DNA of 63,408 bases, the filler included, from Octopus bimaculoides (taxonomy: Eukaryota): the NCBI RefSeq assembly GCF_001194135.2. It is 4 parts of 4 records of this genome, joined end to end, with 100 filler letters (N's around TTAATTAATTAA, not from the genome) between each part and the next. Parts side by side here need not be neighbours in the genome. Positions count along the whole stretch, not along the records: positions 57,984 to 63,408 come from NC_068994.1; 3 more parts are not named here. One strand, given 5' to 3'. Within the stretch, counting starts at the first letter, position 1; every line of letters starts with the position of its first letter. The notes beneath the pieces were generated by a model, which was not told the DNA's origin, did not search any database, and worked only from the letters and a program-made list of their open reading frames with translations. Below are positions 62,707-63,408 of the stretch, in pieces. The position numbers and the translations under genes were made by a program.

Positions 62707-63408
62707 TTCCCGACCAAGCTCTTGTGATGTAATCTTTTCGATTCGCTAAAGCGGGTCTTTTTTTCTTCAAAGCTTGGTTCAAACGCTCTAATTGCTGACA
62801 GTAGACTTGAGCATTGATTGTTGCATTAGGTGGTAACAATTCAAAGTGAATTACTCCTTTGCAATCCCACCAGATAGAGAGGAGAACCTTTTTCCCATGA
62901 AGTTCCCTTCTCGGTTGTGGTTGAGCTTTTTCCCTTTTACCAAGACATAGAAGATCCATTTTTCGTCACTAGTCATAAGTCTATTCAAAAAGGGTGAAAT
63001 GAGTTTGTGAGAATGGAGAAAAGAGCAGATGTCAATTCGGGATTTGCGGTTGCTTTCGGACAATTCATGAGGCACCCATTTTCCAAGTTTAGGAACCTTT
63101 CCAAGTTGTTGAAGTTGACGAACAGTTGTATGGTTTGAACTAAGCTTTATTGCCAATTCTTCAACTGATAATGCAGGATTTTCTTCAAATAATGCCGTCC
63201 GGTTCGATCTTCATCTTCAAGGCTGAAATCTCCATTTGAATTTTGCAAACCATCTTCTGCAAGATGGTTTCATTCAAGCATTCTTTGCCATAAACTGAGT
63301 GTATGTTTCGATCCGCTTCGGCAGTAGAGTTTCCTTTCTTCTACTCATAAAGCATTATGTGCCTTAAATGCTCTTTGGATACTTCCATGTTAGAAAGGGT
63401 TTTAATCA
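62707..63408 (-). mobile_element. Mariner transposase pseudogene
   Basis: ATG at 63388 (MEVSKEHLRHIMLYE*), GKWVPHEL, TSDEKW, KKVLLSIWWDCKGVIHFELLP. It has a stop and frameshifts, and a deletion of the HDNARPH segment (NRK joins to KITSQELGRE). Confidence 0.95.

Overview
AT-rich animal genomic DNA, dense in microsatellites, with many N gaps. The repeat content suggests a cephalopod such as Octopus; this is an inference, not a database result. Three identical 44N-TTAATTAATTAA-44N spacers show that four assembly blocks are joined here (1-20167, 20268-48367, 48468-57883, 57984-63408). Nearly all ORFs in the six-frame track are microsatellite or gap artefacts. One host gene is well supported: a minus-strand spliced gene of unknown function, with three phase-compatible exons (about 57644-57539, 54319-54198, 51625-51350) and a missing 5' end. 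The rest is mobile DNA: a Penelope-like RT, RTE, R4/Dong-like and L1/Tx1 LINE fragments, mariner relics and several tRNA-derived SINE families. The most interesting items are: minimal hammerhead ribozyme motifs in Penelope terminal repeats, one behind a tRNA-like head; an RTE copy with twin-priming inversion geometry; a 55-bp intronic minisatellite built around a D-box-like palindrome; a stack of R4/Dong 3' ends in (AAT)n; and a multiply deleted Tx1 element at a GATA/CATA junction. No CRISPR array, rRNA or intact tRNA was found.
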